Source of the DNA: Elusimicrobiota bacterium
GTDB taxonomy: Bacteria > Elusimicrobiota > Endomicrobiia > Endomicrobiales > JBDRNC01
DNA length: 59,480 nucleotides
Assembly: GCA_043811535.1 (NCBI GenBank)
Contig: JBDRNC010000011.1
Location: forward strand, 1-59,480
Direction of reading: 5' to 3'
Positions 38,481 through 48,907 of this stretch are shown here, one piece after another. The translations under genes were made by a program, and so were the position numbers. The notes below the pieces were generated by a model. It was not told the origin of the DNA. It ran no database searches and worked only from the letters and a program-made list of their open reading frames with translations. How positions within the stretch are numbered: the stretch's first letter is position 1; each line of letters starts with the position of its first letter.

Positions 38481-38714
38481 ATGGTTAAAAGAAATCCTCA
38501 TGTAGTTAAATCTGGCAATAGGTGGGCTGTAAAAAAAGAAGGATCTTCTTCACCTGTATCAACCCATAAAAGTCAGTCACTGGCAATAGATGCGGCAATT
38601 CCTATTGCTAAAAGCATTAAAGGTGAGGTTATAATTCACGGGAGAGATGGCAGAATTAGGGATAAAGATAGCTATGGTCCGGACTCATGTCCACCGAAAG
38701 ATAAGAGGCACTAA
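38481..38714 (+). CDS. DUF2188 family protein
   Basis: HVV....WAVK.EG...H.SQ..AI..A...IHGRDGRIR..DSYG motif; AGGAGGT SD. Confidence 0.85.
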   Translation: MVKRNPHVVKSGNRWAVKKEGSSSPVSTHKSQSLAIDAAIPIAKSIKGEVIIHGRDGRIRDKDSYGPDSCPPKDKRH

Positions 38715-38950
38715 TGGTAAGAAATTCATATCATGTTGTAAGTCGATTTGGCGGGAAATGGAGTGTAAGGAAGTCAGGTGAAGGACGAGCTTCACGTGTC
38801 TTTGCCTCGCAATCAAGAGCAGTTTCATACGCTCGTTCAGCGGCCCAGGGAAACCTTGGGGAGATGGTTATTCATAAGCGAGATGGTAGGATTAGATCCT
38901 GCAAGTCATATAGTGCAGACCCCTGTCCTCCCAGAGATAAACGCAAATAA
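38714..38950 (+). CDS. DUF2188 family protein (paralog)
   Basis: HVV...WSVR..G..RAS...SQ..A...IHKRDGRI...SY..DP.PP.D motif. Confidence 0.85.
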   Translation: MVRNSYHVVSRFGGKWSVRKSGEGRASRVFASQSRAVSYARSAAQGNLGEMVIHKRDGRIRSCKSYSADPCPPRDKRK

Positions 38951-38954
38951 TATA

Positions 38955-39590
38955 ATGTTTATCAATAAGAATGTTTTTGTCAATTGTCCTTATGACGATA
39001 AGTATATTTTACTGCGTCCTATTGTGTTTACTATTAAGTTATTAGGTTTTAATCCACGACTTGCAATGGAATCAGCAGATTCGGGTATGATGCGAATTAC
39101 CCGTATCTGCAATCTTATAAAAAACTCTCGTTATGCAATACATGATCTTTCGCGCCTTCGTGCTAACCGATCTGGTGAACCTTTTCGTCTAAACATGCCA
39201 TTTGAACTAGGACTGGACTTTGGTTGTCGAGAGTTTGGTACGGGTCAATTAAAACGCAAGAAAAGTCTTGTGCTGGAAAAGGATAAATATAGCATGAAAG
39301 AAGCATTATCTGATTTATCAAATTCAGATGTATGTTCTCATAACAATGAGCCAGAAAAAGCTGTTCTTCATGTCCGTAATTGGTTGGTACAAGAAGCAGG
39401 AGCCGAAGGCCCATCTGGCACTGCAATATGGTTTGCGTATAATGATTTTAATACGGATTTGTACAAAAAGTTGTACTGTAGCGGTTTTAGAAAAGTTGAT
39501 GTGGTCAGTCTCCCATTGCTTGAATTACTAAAATATATGACTGAGTGGATAAAAAGAAATATCCTTGGGAAAGATAGACCCTATTCATGA
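38955..39590 (+). CDS. Hypothetical protein, possibly TIR/nucleoside-deoxyribosyltransferase-like fold
   Basis: VFVNCPYD, IHDLS and NMPFELGL motifs; ATG 38955 preferred over the track's overlapping GTG. Confidence 0.65.
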   Translation: MFINKNVFVNCPYDDKYILLRPIVFTIKLLGFNPRLAMESADSGMMRITRICNLIKNSRYAIHDLSRLRANRSGEPFRLNMPFELGLDFGCREFGTGQLKRKKSLVLEKDKYSMKEALSDLSNSDVCSHNNEPEKAVLHVRNWLVQEAGAEGPSGTAIWFAYNDFNTDLYKKLYCSGFRKVDVVSLPLLELLKYMTEWIKRNILGKDRPYS

Positions 39591-39633
39591 ATATAAGATA
39601 CTCAATTAATAAAAAACTAATAGGAGATATTAA

Positions 39634-39870
39634 ATGGTTGAGACTCTAAAAGAATTAAAATCAATGTCTGATGAAGAATTGTTTAAAGTATATGACGAAG
39701 TGGCAAAGCAAACCGGAAAGAGTACTAGTTTCTATATTACAGAAATTAACAGACGTGATCAAGAAAAACAAACATCCATCATGATTAAATGTACGAAATG
39801 GATTACTTTTATGACATTTATTATGATGATATTTACAATACTTAGCACCATTTATGTGCTTACTAAATAG
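39634..39870 (+). CDS. Small protein with C-terminal TM helix
   Basis: AGGAG SD; hydrophobic C-terminus. Confidence 0.6.
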   Translation: MVETLKELKSMSDEELFKVYDEVAKQTGKSTSFYITEINRRDQEKQTSIMIKCTKWITFMTFIMMIFTILSTIYVLTK

Positions 39871-39885
39871 TAAAAGGGGGAAGTC

Positions 39886-40689
39886 ATGAAAAAAAGCCTT
39901 TTTTCTATCGTATTGATTCTGTTCCTGTCAGGGCTTGCATATTCTGCCATGACGATGTATTTCATCAACGTTGGACAAGGAGATGCTGAGTTCATTGTTC
40001 TGCCGAATAAGAAGACAGTGCTTATTGACGGCGGACCCAACAAAAAGGCTATCTCTGCATTCATCAAGGCGAAAAAAATTACAATGATAGATTACCTAGT
40101 TTTAACACACGCACATTCAGATCATGCAGAAGGACTTAAATATGTATTTGATAACTGCCAGGTCAATAACTTTTATGATACAAAATTAGATAATCCTACC
40201 TACACCGGCGACAACATAGTCAGGCAAAAAGCAGCTACAGAGCCAGGATGCCATATCTATTATCCTGCACCCGGCACGACCTTGTCATGGTGCCCTAACG
40301 TTACAGTAAAAGTATTGAATGGATGTCCTAGGACCCCTGCAAGTACGGGCGGGAATGCAATTAATGATTCCTCCATTGTTCTGAAGATAACATACAACAA
40401 GACATCGGCCATGTTTACAGGTGACATTGACAGCACAATAGAATCAAACATTATTGCTAACTATTCAGGTTCACTCTCGGCCAAAATACTCAAAGTGGCC
40501 CATCATGGAAGCGCGTATGGCTCAAGTACTGCTTTCTTGAAGAAAGTAAAACCCAAATCAGCCTATATTTCGGTAGGAAACAATAACTACGGCCATCCTG
40601 ATGAAGGGACAATTAGCAGGTTGCAGGCAGCGGGTGCAACAGTATTAAGGACCGATGTCAGCGGGACGATGAGCTACGTGATACCCTGA
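39886..40689 (+). CDS. Secreted ComEC/Rec2-type MBL-fold hydrolase
   Basis: Signal peptide; NVGQGDA, LIDGG, THAHSDH, FTGD, KVAHHGS and YGHP motifs. Confidence 0.9.
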   Translation: MKKSLFSIVLILFLSGLAYSAMTMYFINVGQGDAEFIVLPNKKTVLIDGGPNKKAISAFIKAKKITMIDYLVLTHAHSDHAEGLKYVFDNCQVNNFYDTKLDNPTYTGDNIVRQKAATEPGCHIYYPAPGTTLSWCPNVTVKVLNGCPRTPASTGGNAINDSSIVLKITYNKTSAMFTGDIDSTIESNIIANYSGSLSAKILKVAHHGSAYGSSTAFLKKVKPKSAYISVGNNNYGHPDEGTISRLQAAGATVLRTDVSGTMSYVIP

Positions 40690-40832
40690 CGTTATCGGTT
40701 GTCAAAGCCATATAAATGATGTAAAATAGCTTTGGGAACTAGTTACTGTTATAGGACATTTGTTACAGAATTAGACTCACATATTTCTCAAATAGTAAAG
40801 ATTTTATAGTGTTTTAGTATCTTAACTTTGAA

Positions 40833-43800
40833 ATGAACTCAACACATACCTTAAATGATATTCTAAGACAATTCCAAGAATACCTTCAAACCGAAGAAGC
40901 CCGAAAACACCTTTATCGAATGACTTCTGAAAAAAAAGAAGTAAAACAAATAATGCAAAAATTGTCCACTTTCGATAAACATAGCAAAGACTTTACTGAG
41001 CTAGTATTATATGGCCTACTTCCCTATTCAAAAACGAGTGTAGCTAAAAGGGTAAGCCTGTTCCCTGCTTTTATGAATATTAAGGTATTTTTCAGTGATT
41101 ATAAATATACAGATGAAGAATGGAATTTAATTGCCAATAGGATATACGACTTGTGTGATAACTTTAATAAGAATCCCGTTCGTCTGGGTGAATTCATTGA
41201 AGAGTTTACGAAAGACAAGTACAGTAGAAGATTACAGTGCGGTTCAATTACTCCGATATTTTATTGCTTGAATGATTCCTTTCCTATAATTAATAACCGT
41301 GCTATCAGGGCTTTTAGAAGCATGAGGATATTATTAGGTAAAAAGGAAAAGCTATCACAAAAACTAAATGATTATTTGGATAATATAAACAAAATCAACG
41401 CGCTAATAAATGATTTGAAATTCGATGTTATTAAAAATCATGATTATCAAGATCTATTTTTTTACTGGTATGATTCCGAGTTTCTTAATGAAGAAAGGAG
41501 AGCCAATAAAATAGAATCCGAAGAAGATGAAAATATTTCAGAAACAGAACAAGAAGTAAAATCTGAAGACATAAATATACCTGATTTTATTGGTAAAATA
41601 GATGCCCAAAAAGATTTTGAATTTACCCCTCATTCCTTGGGTGATCCGCAAAGAATTAAGATTAATCAAATCATTTCTAATGTTGAAAAAACTAAATGGG
41701 TCTTGCCTCATTTTCAAAGATATTTTGATTGGAATAAAAATGATGTTAAAGAATTTTGGGAATCCATATTTAATGATTATTATGTCGGTTCATTCTTAAT
41801 GTGGGATACCGATAGAAGTCCTGAGTTGGGTATACAGCCAATATTAGGTGTAAACAAGAATGAAGAAGATCTAAGGCCAGAATCAATTATCTTGGATGGT
41901 CAACAAAGAATTACTTCTCTATATTATGCAATAAAATCCCCAAAAATAAATTTGAAAGGTAGTAAAGTTCCACTATTTTATTACATTAACTTTAAATCCT
42001 TTTTTAGCAAAAATAATACCGATGGCTTTATCGAGATTCATGCTCGTAAAATATCAAAAGATGAGTCTAATAGTAAAATGCTATTCCCTTTATATGAATT
42101 GGAGAATTCCAACAAATGGATTGATGAATTCGAAGATTTTCTAGTCAAAATAACTAACGATTCTGATAAGGCTAGAGAAGTAAGAAGAGTCATGGATAAG
42201 AAATTAAGGCATATTTGGGAAGGATTTGAAATCCCATATATAGCACTCCCTGAAAGTATGAAATTGTACCAGGTTACGGATATATTTGAGAATATAAATA
42301 CAAAAGGAAAGTTACTTAGTGTGTTCGATTTATTGATTGCGCGTTTATATAAATATAGTTTTGAATTAAAGAAAATGTGGAATGCCACATTAACAAATTA
42401 TCCTAATATATCGAGATATTCAAAATCGGTTGCAAAGATTCCAATATATATATTACAGGCAATGTCTTTATTGTATGAAAAAACAAGTTCTGCAAAAAGA
42501 GCAGATATTCTTGATATATACTCAAATGTATATGAGTATTCTGATCGCGACTTTGAAGAGGACTGGGATGATATAGCAGAATATATGAATAAAGCTATAG
42601 AGAAGTTAGAGAACATGAGGGATGGTTATGGTGTAAAAGACGAAAAAGAACTTCCATTTGAGTCCACGATACCCGTATTGACTGCACTCCTTAAAGTTGT
42701 TGACCAAAAAGAAAATAAAGCCGATTGTTATGAGAAGATAGATAAATGGTATTGGTCAGCGGTTTTCACAAATGCTTATTCGTCAGCTGCTGATTCACAA
42801 ATGACTTCGGATTTTAAAGAAGTAAGGAACTGGTTTGATGATAATTCAAAGACTCCTAAAGTTGTAATAGGAATGATAAAGGACTTACCCACGATTGAAT
42901 TTAAGGATATTCAATCTAAATCAAATTCAAAGTATAAGGGAATTATGGCGTTGGTTGCTCTGAAAGGCGCAAAAGACTTCAATACATCTCAAAATTTAGA
43001 AAATGCTCGACAAAATGATAAAGACCATATTTTTCCGAAATCATTCAATTTTGGTTCTAATAAATATATTAATTCTGTATTAAACATGACTTGGATGTCT
43101 GCTGAAACTAATAGGAATATTAAAAAATATAAAAAACCTTCAGTTTATATTAAAGATTTTATTTCACAAAAATACAATCAGGATGAAAACGCTTTTGCCA
43201 ATTTATTGGAAACGCATTTGATTTCAAAAGAGGCCTATAGTTTATTATCATCTGATGATTTTGAAGGATTTCTATATAAGAGAGAAGAAGCAATTATCTC
43301 ATTGATTAAAGACATATTAGAAATTCATGATACAAATGCACCACAAACCCTAATATCTCCACAAAATCCGTTTACAAATAAGCGAATAATAGGGAGTACA
43401 ATCAATTCGTGTAAAGAATACATTTACTGGGTCGATAAATATTTTTCAAAAGTTGGTCTTGAATTGTTGCATGAATATATGGACTATAATAAAGTAAAGG
43501 ACATCAAAATATTAGTTTCATTAGATTATGCCAACGAAATATTGAGGAGTGCTTTTCAGGATTTCAAGAATGAACTTAAAAATAGGGATATCACTTGTGG
43601 ATTAAGAATAATATGCGACAATAAAACAAAATCTAGTATTCATGACAGATGGATAATTACTAAGAATAGTTGTTTTAATTTACCCTCTCCTGATGTAATA
43701 GCAAGGGGACAATATAGTGAGATAAATAAGACCACATCGATTCCTCCGTTTGATGAATGGTGGAAAAATAGTCTCGATATTATTCAAGACTGGAATAATA

Positions 43801-43850
43801 TCAAAGAACAAATAACTTCACTTAATTTGATTAGAAATGTTAATAAATAA
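40833..43850 (+). CDS. DUF262/DUF1524 (GmrSD-like) multidomain nuclease
   Basis: LPHFQR.F.W, LDGQQRITS, IFENIN, DHIFP, and a C-terminal W.DKYF...IHDRWII region. Confidence 0.82.
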   Translation: MNSTHTLNDILRQFQEYLQTEEARKHLYRMTSEKKEVKQIMQKLSTFDKHSKDFTELVLYGLLPYSKTSVAKRVSLFPAFMNIKVFFSDYKYTDEEWNLIANRIYDLCDNFNKNPVRLGEFIEEFTKDKYSRRLQCGSITPIFYCLNDSFPIINNRAIRAFRSMRILLGKKEKLSQKLNDYLDNINKINALINDLKFDVIKNHDYQDLFFYWYDSEFLNEERRANKIESEEDENISETEQEVKSEDINIPDFIGKIDAQKDFEFTPHSLGDPQRIKINQIISNVEKTKWVLPHFQRYFDWNKNDVKEFWESIFNDYYVGSFLMWDTDRSPELGIQPILGVNKNEEDLRPESIILDGQQRITSLYYAIKSPKINLKGSKVPLFYYINFKSFFSKNNTDGFIEIHARKISKDESNSKMLFPLYELENSNKWIDEFEDFLVKITNDSDKAREVRRVMDKKLRHIWEGFEIPYIALPESMKLYQVTDIFENINTKGKLLSVFDLLIARLYKYSFELKKMWNATLTNYPNISRYSKSVAKIPIYILQAMSLLYEKTSSAKRADILDIYSNVYEYSDRDFEEDWDDIAEYMNKAIEKLENMRDGYGVKDEKELPFESTIPVLTALLKVVDQKENKADCYEKIDKWYWSAVFTNAYSSAADSQMTSDFKEVRNWFDDNSKTPKVVIGMIKDLPTIEFKDIQSKSNSKYKGIMALVALKGAKDFNTSQNLENARQNDKDHIFPKSFNFGSNKYINSVLNMTWMSAETNRNIKKYKKPSVYIKDFISQKYNQDENAFANLLETHLISKEAYSLLSSDDFEGFLYKREEAIISLIKDILEIHDTNAPQTLISPQNPFTNKRIIGSTINSCKEYIYWVDKYFSKVGLELLHEYMDYNKVKDIKILVSLDYANEILRSAFQDFKNELKNRDITCGLRIICDNKTKSSIHDRWIITKNSCFNLPSPDVIARGQYSEINKTTSIPPFDEWWKNSLDIIQDWNNIKEQITSLNLIRNVNK

Positions 43851-43891
43851 TCCCAATTATGCCTTAGTAATAGGCTAGAATATCCTACACA

Positions 43892-45004
43892 GTGATTAAA
43901 ATGAAAACAAATGGAGTCAAACTAACATCTATGGACGACAAAGAGCTTTTTAGCGATATAAATAAAGATGTATTATTTTATTGTAAAAATGAACGCCGGA
44001 ATATTATTCCTGTTACAAATAAGGAAATAAATGAGAAAGCAAAAAGTAGATTGAAGGAGATATTCGAAAAATATAAAGATGATTTACCGAAAAGTATTAT
44101 AAATAACTGGAATAGAGTAAAGTTGTTTGATGCTTCTGGAGATGTAGATGGTGCCCATGCATTAATGATAGAAACTGATAAAGGTTCTTATGACATTAAT
44201 AATAAAATAAATCACTTAACGGGTAAAGAATGGACTGTATTTTCGTGCAGCTGGTTTATTTTCAATGCTCTGAATAAAGATCTAAAAGAAGAAAGAGCAA
44301 TATGCGGAGATTCAGAAGACCATCCAGCGACATACTCCCCGACAATGATGGAGAATTTCATAAAATTCTTCACAAAGGAGGGCATGTCGGTTTTGGATCC
44401 TTTTATGGGGATTGGCAGTACTTTGGTAGGTTGTAAAAGGAGTGGCAGGATAGGTTATGGCATTGAATTAAATCAGAAATATTATAATACAGCATTGAAA
44501 AGAGTTCCTAAATTTCGCAAGAACATAATATGCGGCGATTCAAGGAAAGTGAAGGAATATTTTAAAGGAAAAATATTCGATTTCAGTATATCTTCACCAC
44601 CTTATTGGGATGTTTTGAATAGAAGCACGGGCTCATTTGAAAAAGAACGCTCGTCAAAAGGATTGGATGTTAAGTATTCAAGTAATAATATAGATTTAGG
44701 TAATATTTCCGATTATGATAAATTCCTTAATGATGTTACAAGCATATATTTAGATATCTATGATCTTCTTAGAGATGGTGCATATTTGGTAATTATTGTG
44801 AAAAATGTTAAAAAGGGCGGTAAATTTTATCCTCTTGCCTGGGATATCGCAAAAAGGTTGTCGGAAAAATACTCTCTGAAAGATGAAAAAATATGGATTC
44901 AGGATAAAATTGGATTAGCGCCGTATGGCTATCCGCATGTATGGACGGCAAATATACTCCATCATTACTGTTTGATACTAAGGAAAGAAGAAAAAAATGA
45001 TTAA
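43892..45004 (+). CDS. DNA amino-methyltransferase (SPPY type, likely N4-cytosine)
   Basis: HPA, DPFMGIGST and SSPPYW motifs; start uncertain. Confidence 0.88.
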   Translation: MIKMKTNGVKLTSMDDKELFSDINKDVLFYCKNERRNIIPVTNKEINEKAKSRLKEIFEKYKDDLPKSIINNWNRVKLFDASGDVDGAHALMIETDKGSYDINNKINHLTGKEWTVFSCSWFIFNALNKDLKEERAICGDSEDHPATYSPTMMENFIKFFTKEGMSVLDPFMGIGSTLVGCKRSGRIGYGIELNQKYYNTALKRVPKFRKNIICGDSRKVKEYFKGKIFDFSISSPPYWDVLNRSTGSFEKERSSKGLDVKYSSNNIDLGNISDYDKFLNDVTSIYLDIYDLLRDGAYLVIIVKNVKKGGKFYPLAWDIAKRLSEKYSLKDEKIWIQDKIGLAPYGYPHVWTANILHHYCLILRKEEKND

Positions 45005-46562
45005 TAGAAAAATAAAATATCTAAACAACACTATTTCAGAAGATACTATCAAGGAGTATTCCAGAATATACGATTTGCATAAATATTGGTCAAGAAAACC
45101 TTGGCATCCAATTGCCGAGTGTATTCAAAAGTATTCAAAAGAAGGGGATATTGTTTTGGATATGTTTCTTGGCAGCGGAGTAACAGCTCTTGAATCTATA
45201 TCTGTAGGAAGAGACTTTGTGGGATTTGACTTGAATCCCATGAGCATATTTATATCTGAGAATACTATATCCAATGATTTCAATGTGAGTTCATTCCTTA
45301 AAGAATTGGATGCTATTAAGCTCAAGCTTCTTCCGATTATAGATAAACTATATACCGTATCAGATGTTTGCGGATTTTGTCATGAAAATCTAACGATACA
45401 ACACATTAATCTTGGCCCAGCATTTAAAGGCAAAGAAACTATATATGTGTTTTGCGGGAAATGCGGTAAAAGAACAAAGCTCATTAGAAAAGCAACCAAG
45501 GAAGAGCTGGCAAAATCCTTCAAGAAATATAAGCTTAATAAGTGGGTTCCTAAAAACAGTTTTCCAAAGAAATTCTATAAAGACAGATTTTCTTACAAGG
45601 GAATCAAAAAAGTCACGGATATGTACACGCCAAAGAATCTTTATTTTTTGTCAGAGCTATTGCACGCAATTAAAACAACAAAGTTAAGATATAGGAATTT
45701 ATTCCTTGTAGCATTTACGAATACTGTGTTGCATGCAAGTAAATTAAAAGGTGAAAATGTAAGGCCATTAAATGTGAATAATTACTGGATCCCGGACGAC
45801 TATTTTGAAGAAAATCCATGGTTAAGGTTTTTGGAAAGAATTGAGCTAATAGTAAAAAGCAAAAGATGCTTAGAAAAAAAGATAGGCAATAACCATGTGG
45901 GCGAATGCAAGTTACACAATAAATCCTGCTTTTCAACAAGATTAGATGATGAAAAAGTGGATTATATAATTACAGACCCTCCTTACGGAGATGCAGTTCA
46001 ATATTCGGAATTGTCTTATATTTGGAACTCGTGGATGGGGTATAAATATGAAACCGATGAAGAGGTTATTATAAATCCTGTCCAAAATAAAAGCGTTGAC
46101 GTGTTTCTTAAATTGCTTGAAAAAAGTATTATTGAGGCTAACAGGGTACTAAAACCTGGCAAGAGATATACTCTTTGCTTTCATAATAAAGAGTTTAAGA
46201 TATGGAAAGGAGTTTTAGATATATTCAAGAAATATGATTTCCTGCTTGAAAATACTGAAATAGTAGATACAAATGGTAATTCTTATAATAAAAATTGGGC
46301 TGAGTTTTCACCTAAAACAGATTTGTATCTTACATTTATTAAGAGCAAATATACCCCAACGCATTTAAGAGAGTTTTCAATACAAGAAGTACTTTCGAAT
46401 ATATTAACTAGTTACAATATTTCAGATCCATCAATGGTTTATGATGAACTTGCCGTAACATTGATTAATGAACTCTATTTTAATGAGTATCAAATAGATA
46501 TATCACATTTAACCATTAAAAAGATTGGCGAAATGATGGGGATGATGAAAAATGGAAATTAG
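44997..46562 (+). CDS. DNA amino-methyltransferase (DPPY type) with Zn-finger insertion
   Basis: HKYWSRKP, DMFLGSGVT, two CxxC and TDPPY motifs. Confidence 0.88.
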   Translation: MINRKIKYLNNTISEDTIKEYSRIYDLHKYWSRKPWHPIAECIQKYSKEGDIVLDMFLGSGVTALESISVGRDFVGFDLNPMSIFISENTISNDFNVSSFLKELDAIKLKLLPIIDKLYTVSDVCGFCHENLTIQHINLGPAFKGKETIYVFCGKCGKRTKLIRKATKEELAKSFKKYKLNKWVPKNSFPKKFYKDRFSYKGIKKVTDMYTPKNLYFLSELLHAIKTTKLRYRNLFLVAFTNTVLHASKLKGENVRPLNVNNYWIPDDYFEENPWLRFLERIELIVKSKRCLEKKIGNNHVGECKLHNKSCFSTRLDDEKVDYIITDPPYGDAVQYSELSYIWNSWMGYKYETDEEVIINPVQNKSVDVFLKLLEKSIIEANRVLKPGKRYTLCFHNKEFKIWKGVLDIFKKYDFLLENTEIVDTNGNSYNKNWAEFSPKTDLYLTFIKSKYTPTHLREFSIQEVLSNILTSYNISDPSMVYDELAVTLINELYFNEYQIDISHLTIKKIGEMMGMMKNGN

Positions 46563-47625
46563 CGCTAAAGAATATATCAAAATAATGCATAAGAATTTTG
46601 GTTATGAGATTGTAAAAACCAAACTTGGCGATGGCGTTAGGGTTGATCCATTTACAGCTTTCATTTATTCTTCTGTAACAGGGGCAGGTTATTTAGATGA
46701 TCCCCTGTATCTTTTCACCCCTAAGGGCTTATTGAAGATATTTTATAATGCCTTAGACTATAATCTTATAACCGGACTATTTGAACACACTACTTTGACA
46801 AATACGCCCTATATAATTTCAAAATCTAAGGTATATTTATTTAATTCAGATAAAATTATCGTTCCCGTTGAATTTAAATCAGAAATGCAACTACAATCAA
46901 TACTAAAGCAGTTCGTATCTGAATTGGAAGAACCTTCGACAAATTATATAATACAACGCATCGAAAAATCCAAAAAAGGCAATGGCATGGAACCCTTTAT
47001 GGAATACTTGGCTTGCGAGGCAATGAAAACAAGAAATTATATTGTAGAAAATCAAATACCTCTAAGCCACAACACTGGTTCTCCTGATTTTGGCGGTTAT
47101 TTAATAAATTCAAGAATAGCATTCAACAAAATCCATTTAATAGAGCTTTCCTTAATCAGATTGGGTTTGCGTGTTAAAACATTTCGATCTGCTGATAGCC
47201 CCTATTGCATAGTGGGTGAAGCAAAAACTAGTACAACTCAAATGTCAGAGCAAATTGAAAAATATATCAGAACAAAATACTTTAATGAATGTTTTGAAAT
47301 ACATCCATTTAAGATTAGACCTTCAAATGCAAAATGTGGTTTGATCACAATCGGGAAAGATTATACTATTAAAATAATTGATAGAAAGTCTTCGGATGTA
47401 TTATATGATGTTAATAAACAGTCTGAATATGTTATGTGGTTAACCAATTATATTAAGTATTATCTTGTTGCTAATTTGACAAATGATGAGTTCCTAATAT
47501 TTTATAAGGAAAAGAAGAAAAGAAAAATAACTTGTGTAAAAGATATTATTGAATTCGTCAACTCTCTTTCTTTTGATGAAATTATGAAGAAAATTGAGGT
47601 GGTTTGCAATGGCTCAGTCCAGTGA
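46552..47625 (+). CDS. Putative PD-(D/E)xK restriction endonuclease subunit
   Basis: E.L...GSPDF...VGEAK motif; overlaps the upstream MTase gene. Confidence 0.6.
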   Translation: MEISAKEYIKIMHKNFGYEIVKTKLGDGVRVDPFTAFIYSSVTGAGYLDDPLYLFTPKGLLKIFYNALDYNLITGLFEHTTLTNTPYIISKSKVYLFNSDKIIVPVEFKSEMQLQSILKQFVSELEEPSTNYIIQRIEKSKKGNGMEPFMEYLACEAMKTRNYIVENQIPLSHNTGSPDFGGYLINSRIAFNKIHLIELSLIRLGLRVKTFRSADSPYCIVGEAKTSTTQMSEQIEKYIRTKYFNECFEIHPFKIRPSNAKCGLITIGKDYTIKIIDRKSSDVLYDVNKQSEYVMWLTNYIKYYLVANLTNDEFLIFYKEKKKRKITCVKDIIEFVNSLSFDEIMKKIEVVCNGSVQ

Positions 47626-48637
47626 TGAAATAATTAAAAGAGAGTTATCCCGGGAAATAGGAACCACTTTTGCTGGACTTACACTAAGAATATTCCCCGA
47701 ATCGAGTAATGATGACCAAAAACCATTTAGCGAAGGTGGTCTAACTTTTGGTGTTAATGGAGTATCCTATGGTTCTTGCGATGCCTGTTGGTTAAAAGAC
47801 GGGGAATGGAAAGATCCATTAACTGGAAAAAATGTTTCTGTTATTCCAGCGATAGCACTTGAGGGGACTGATGCGCTAAATAGGGGTTCATCAGGGAATG
47901 CGCAATATCAAAGATTTCATCATGCACTAGGTGCTGTAAAAGCCGGGCTGATTGGCGTTTATTATCTTAAAAAAGGTGCAGATAAAATTCAGGAAGATTT
48001 ATTTGGAATGGCTTATTATGCTTCTAAATATGAAAAGGGAGTTTATCTTATTATAGATGATTTGGATGAACTGAAGAGACTTATATCTGTATATAATAAC
48101 AAAGTTAAACTTAAAATATTCCTTTGTTCAAAGTTACGTTCGATGCTTAAAATATTCAGAAAGGCTTTCAGGGAAAAGTATGGTAGCTCATGGACGAAAT
48201 TTGCTAAAAGCAGGTCAACAATAATAAAAAAGGGTTATATTATAAAATACTCTGGAAGGATGAAAAGAAATTTTACTGAGTCCTCTCAGAGAGCCGGACA
48301 TATAGCAGTAGGTGAGATGTATCTTACAAAATATTTTTTTCCTAAAAGTCAGTTCTATTATTTATGGCCCAGAATGAATAAAGAAGATATTGAGTATTTG
48401 GATGCCCATAAGTCAGATGACAAGGAATGGAAATTATTAAGAAATGAAGAAGGTGTGAAAATCATTACAATGGATGATCTCGAAGGAGTACCTGATATCG
48501 TTAAGGAACAAATGAAATCAATTAAAGATTTGCCTTTAAAAAATACTGCCTTGAGTATATATAATGAATATGTTGATATAATAGCAAGAGGACTTCAAGA
48601 TAGTACAATTAGAATTAGGAAAGAATTATTGATTTAG
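47609..48637 (+). CDS. Putative second restriction endonuclease subunit
   Basis: SCDACW...IALEGT..SGNAQYQRF motif; last gene of the MTase operon. Confidence 0.55.
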   Translation: MAQSSDEIIKRELSREIGTTFAGLTLRIFPESSNDDQKPFSEGGLTFGVNGVSYGSCDACWLKDGEWKDPLTGKNVSVIPAIALEGTDALNRGSSGNAQYQRFHHALGAVKAGLIGVYYLKKGADKIQEDLFGMAYYASKYEKGVYLIIDDLDELKRLISVYNNKVKLKIFLCSKLRSMLKIFRKAFREKYGSSWTKFAKSRSTIIKKGYIIKYSGRMKRNFTESSQRAGHIAVGEMYLTKYFFPKSQFYYLWPRMNKEDIEYLDAHKSDDKEWKLLRNEEGVKIITMDDLEGVPDIVKEQMKSIKDLPLKNTALSIYNEYVDIIARGLQDSTIRIRKELLI

Positions 48638-48686
48638 ATTTCTTGAATATTGATAAATCAGTTTGATTTTGATAGCATATTCACAT

Positions 48687-48725
48687 AGTTCGCCTTTCAT
48701 CAGTAAGGCGAACTTTTTTCTTTTT
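48687..48725 (+). terminator. Rho-independent terminator
   Basis: agttcgcctt-8 nt-aaggcgaact followed by a T tract. Confidence 0.85.
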
Positions 48726-48907
48726 ATAGAAGACTCCTTCCTAAAATACCGTCGATAAATTATACTTATAATAATTCGCCAAATGATAATACTAAAATAC
48801 GGCTATTGACCTATAAGTACACAATACCACCTCCTTCTTAATCCACTCCAACAACACCGTCGTTAATCCATGCAAAAGCTTATAATTAAGCGTTTTTTCC
48901 TATTTCC

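Noticed and set aside
38778..38954. N-terminal extension of the 270-aa ORF
   Set aside because: It overlaps the second DUF2188 gene; ATG 38955 fits better
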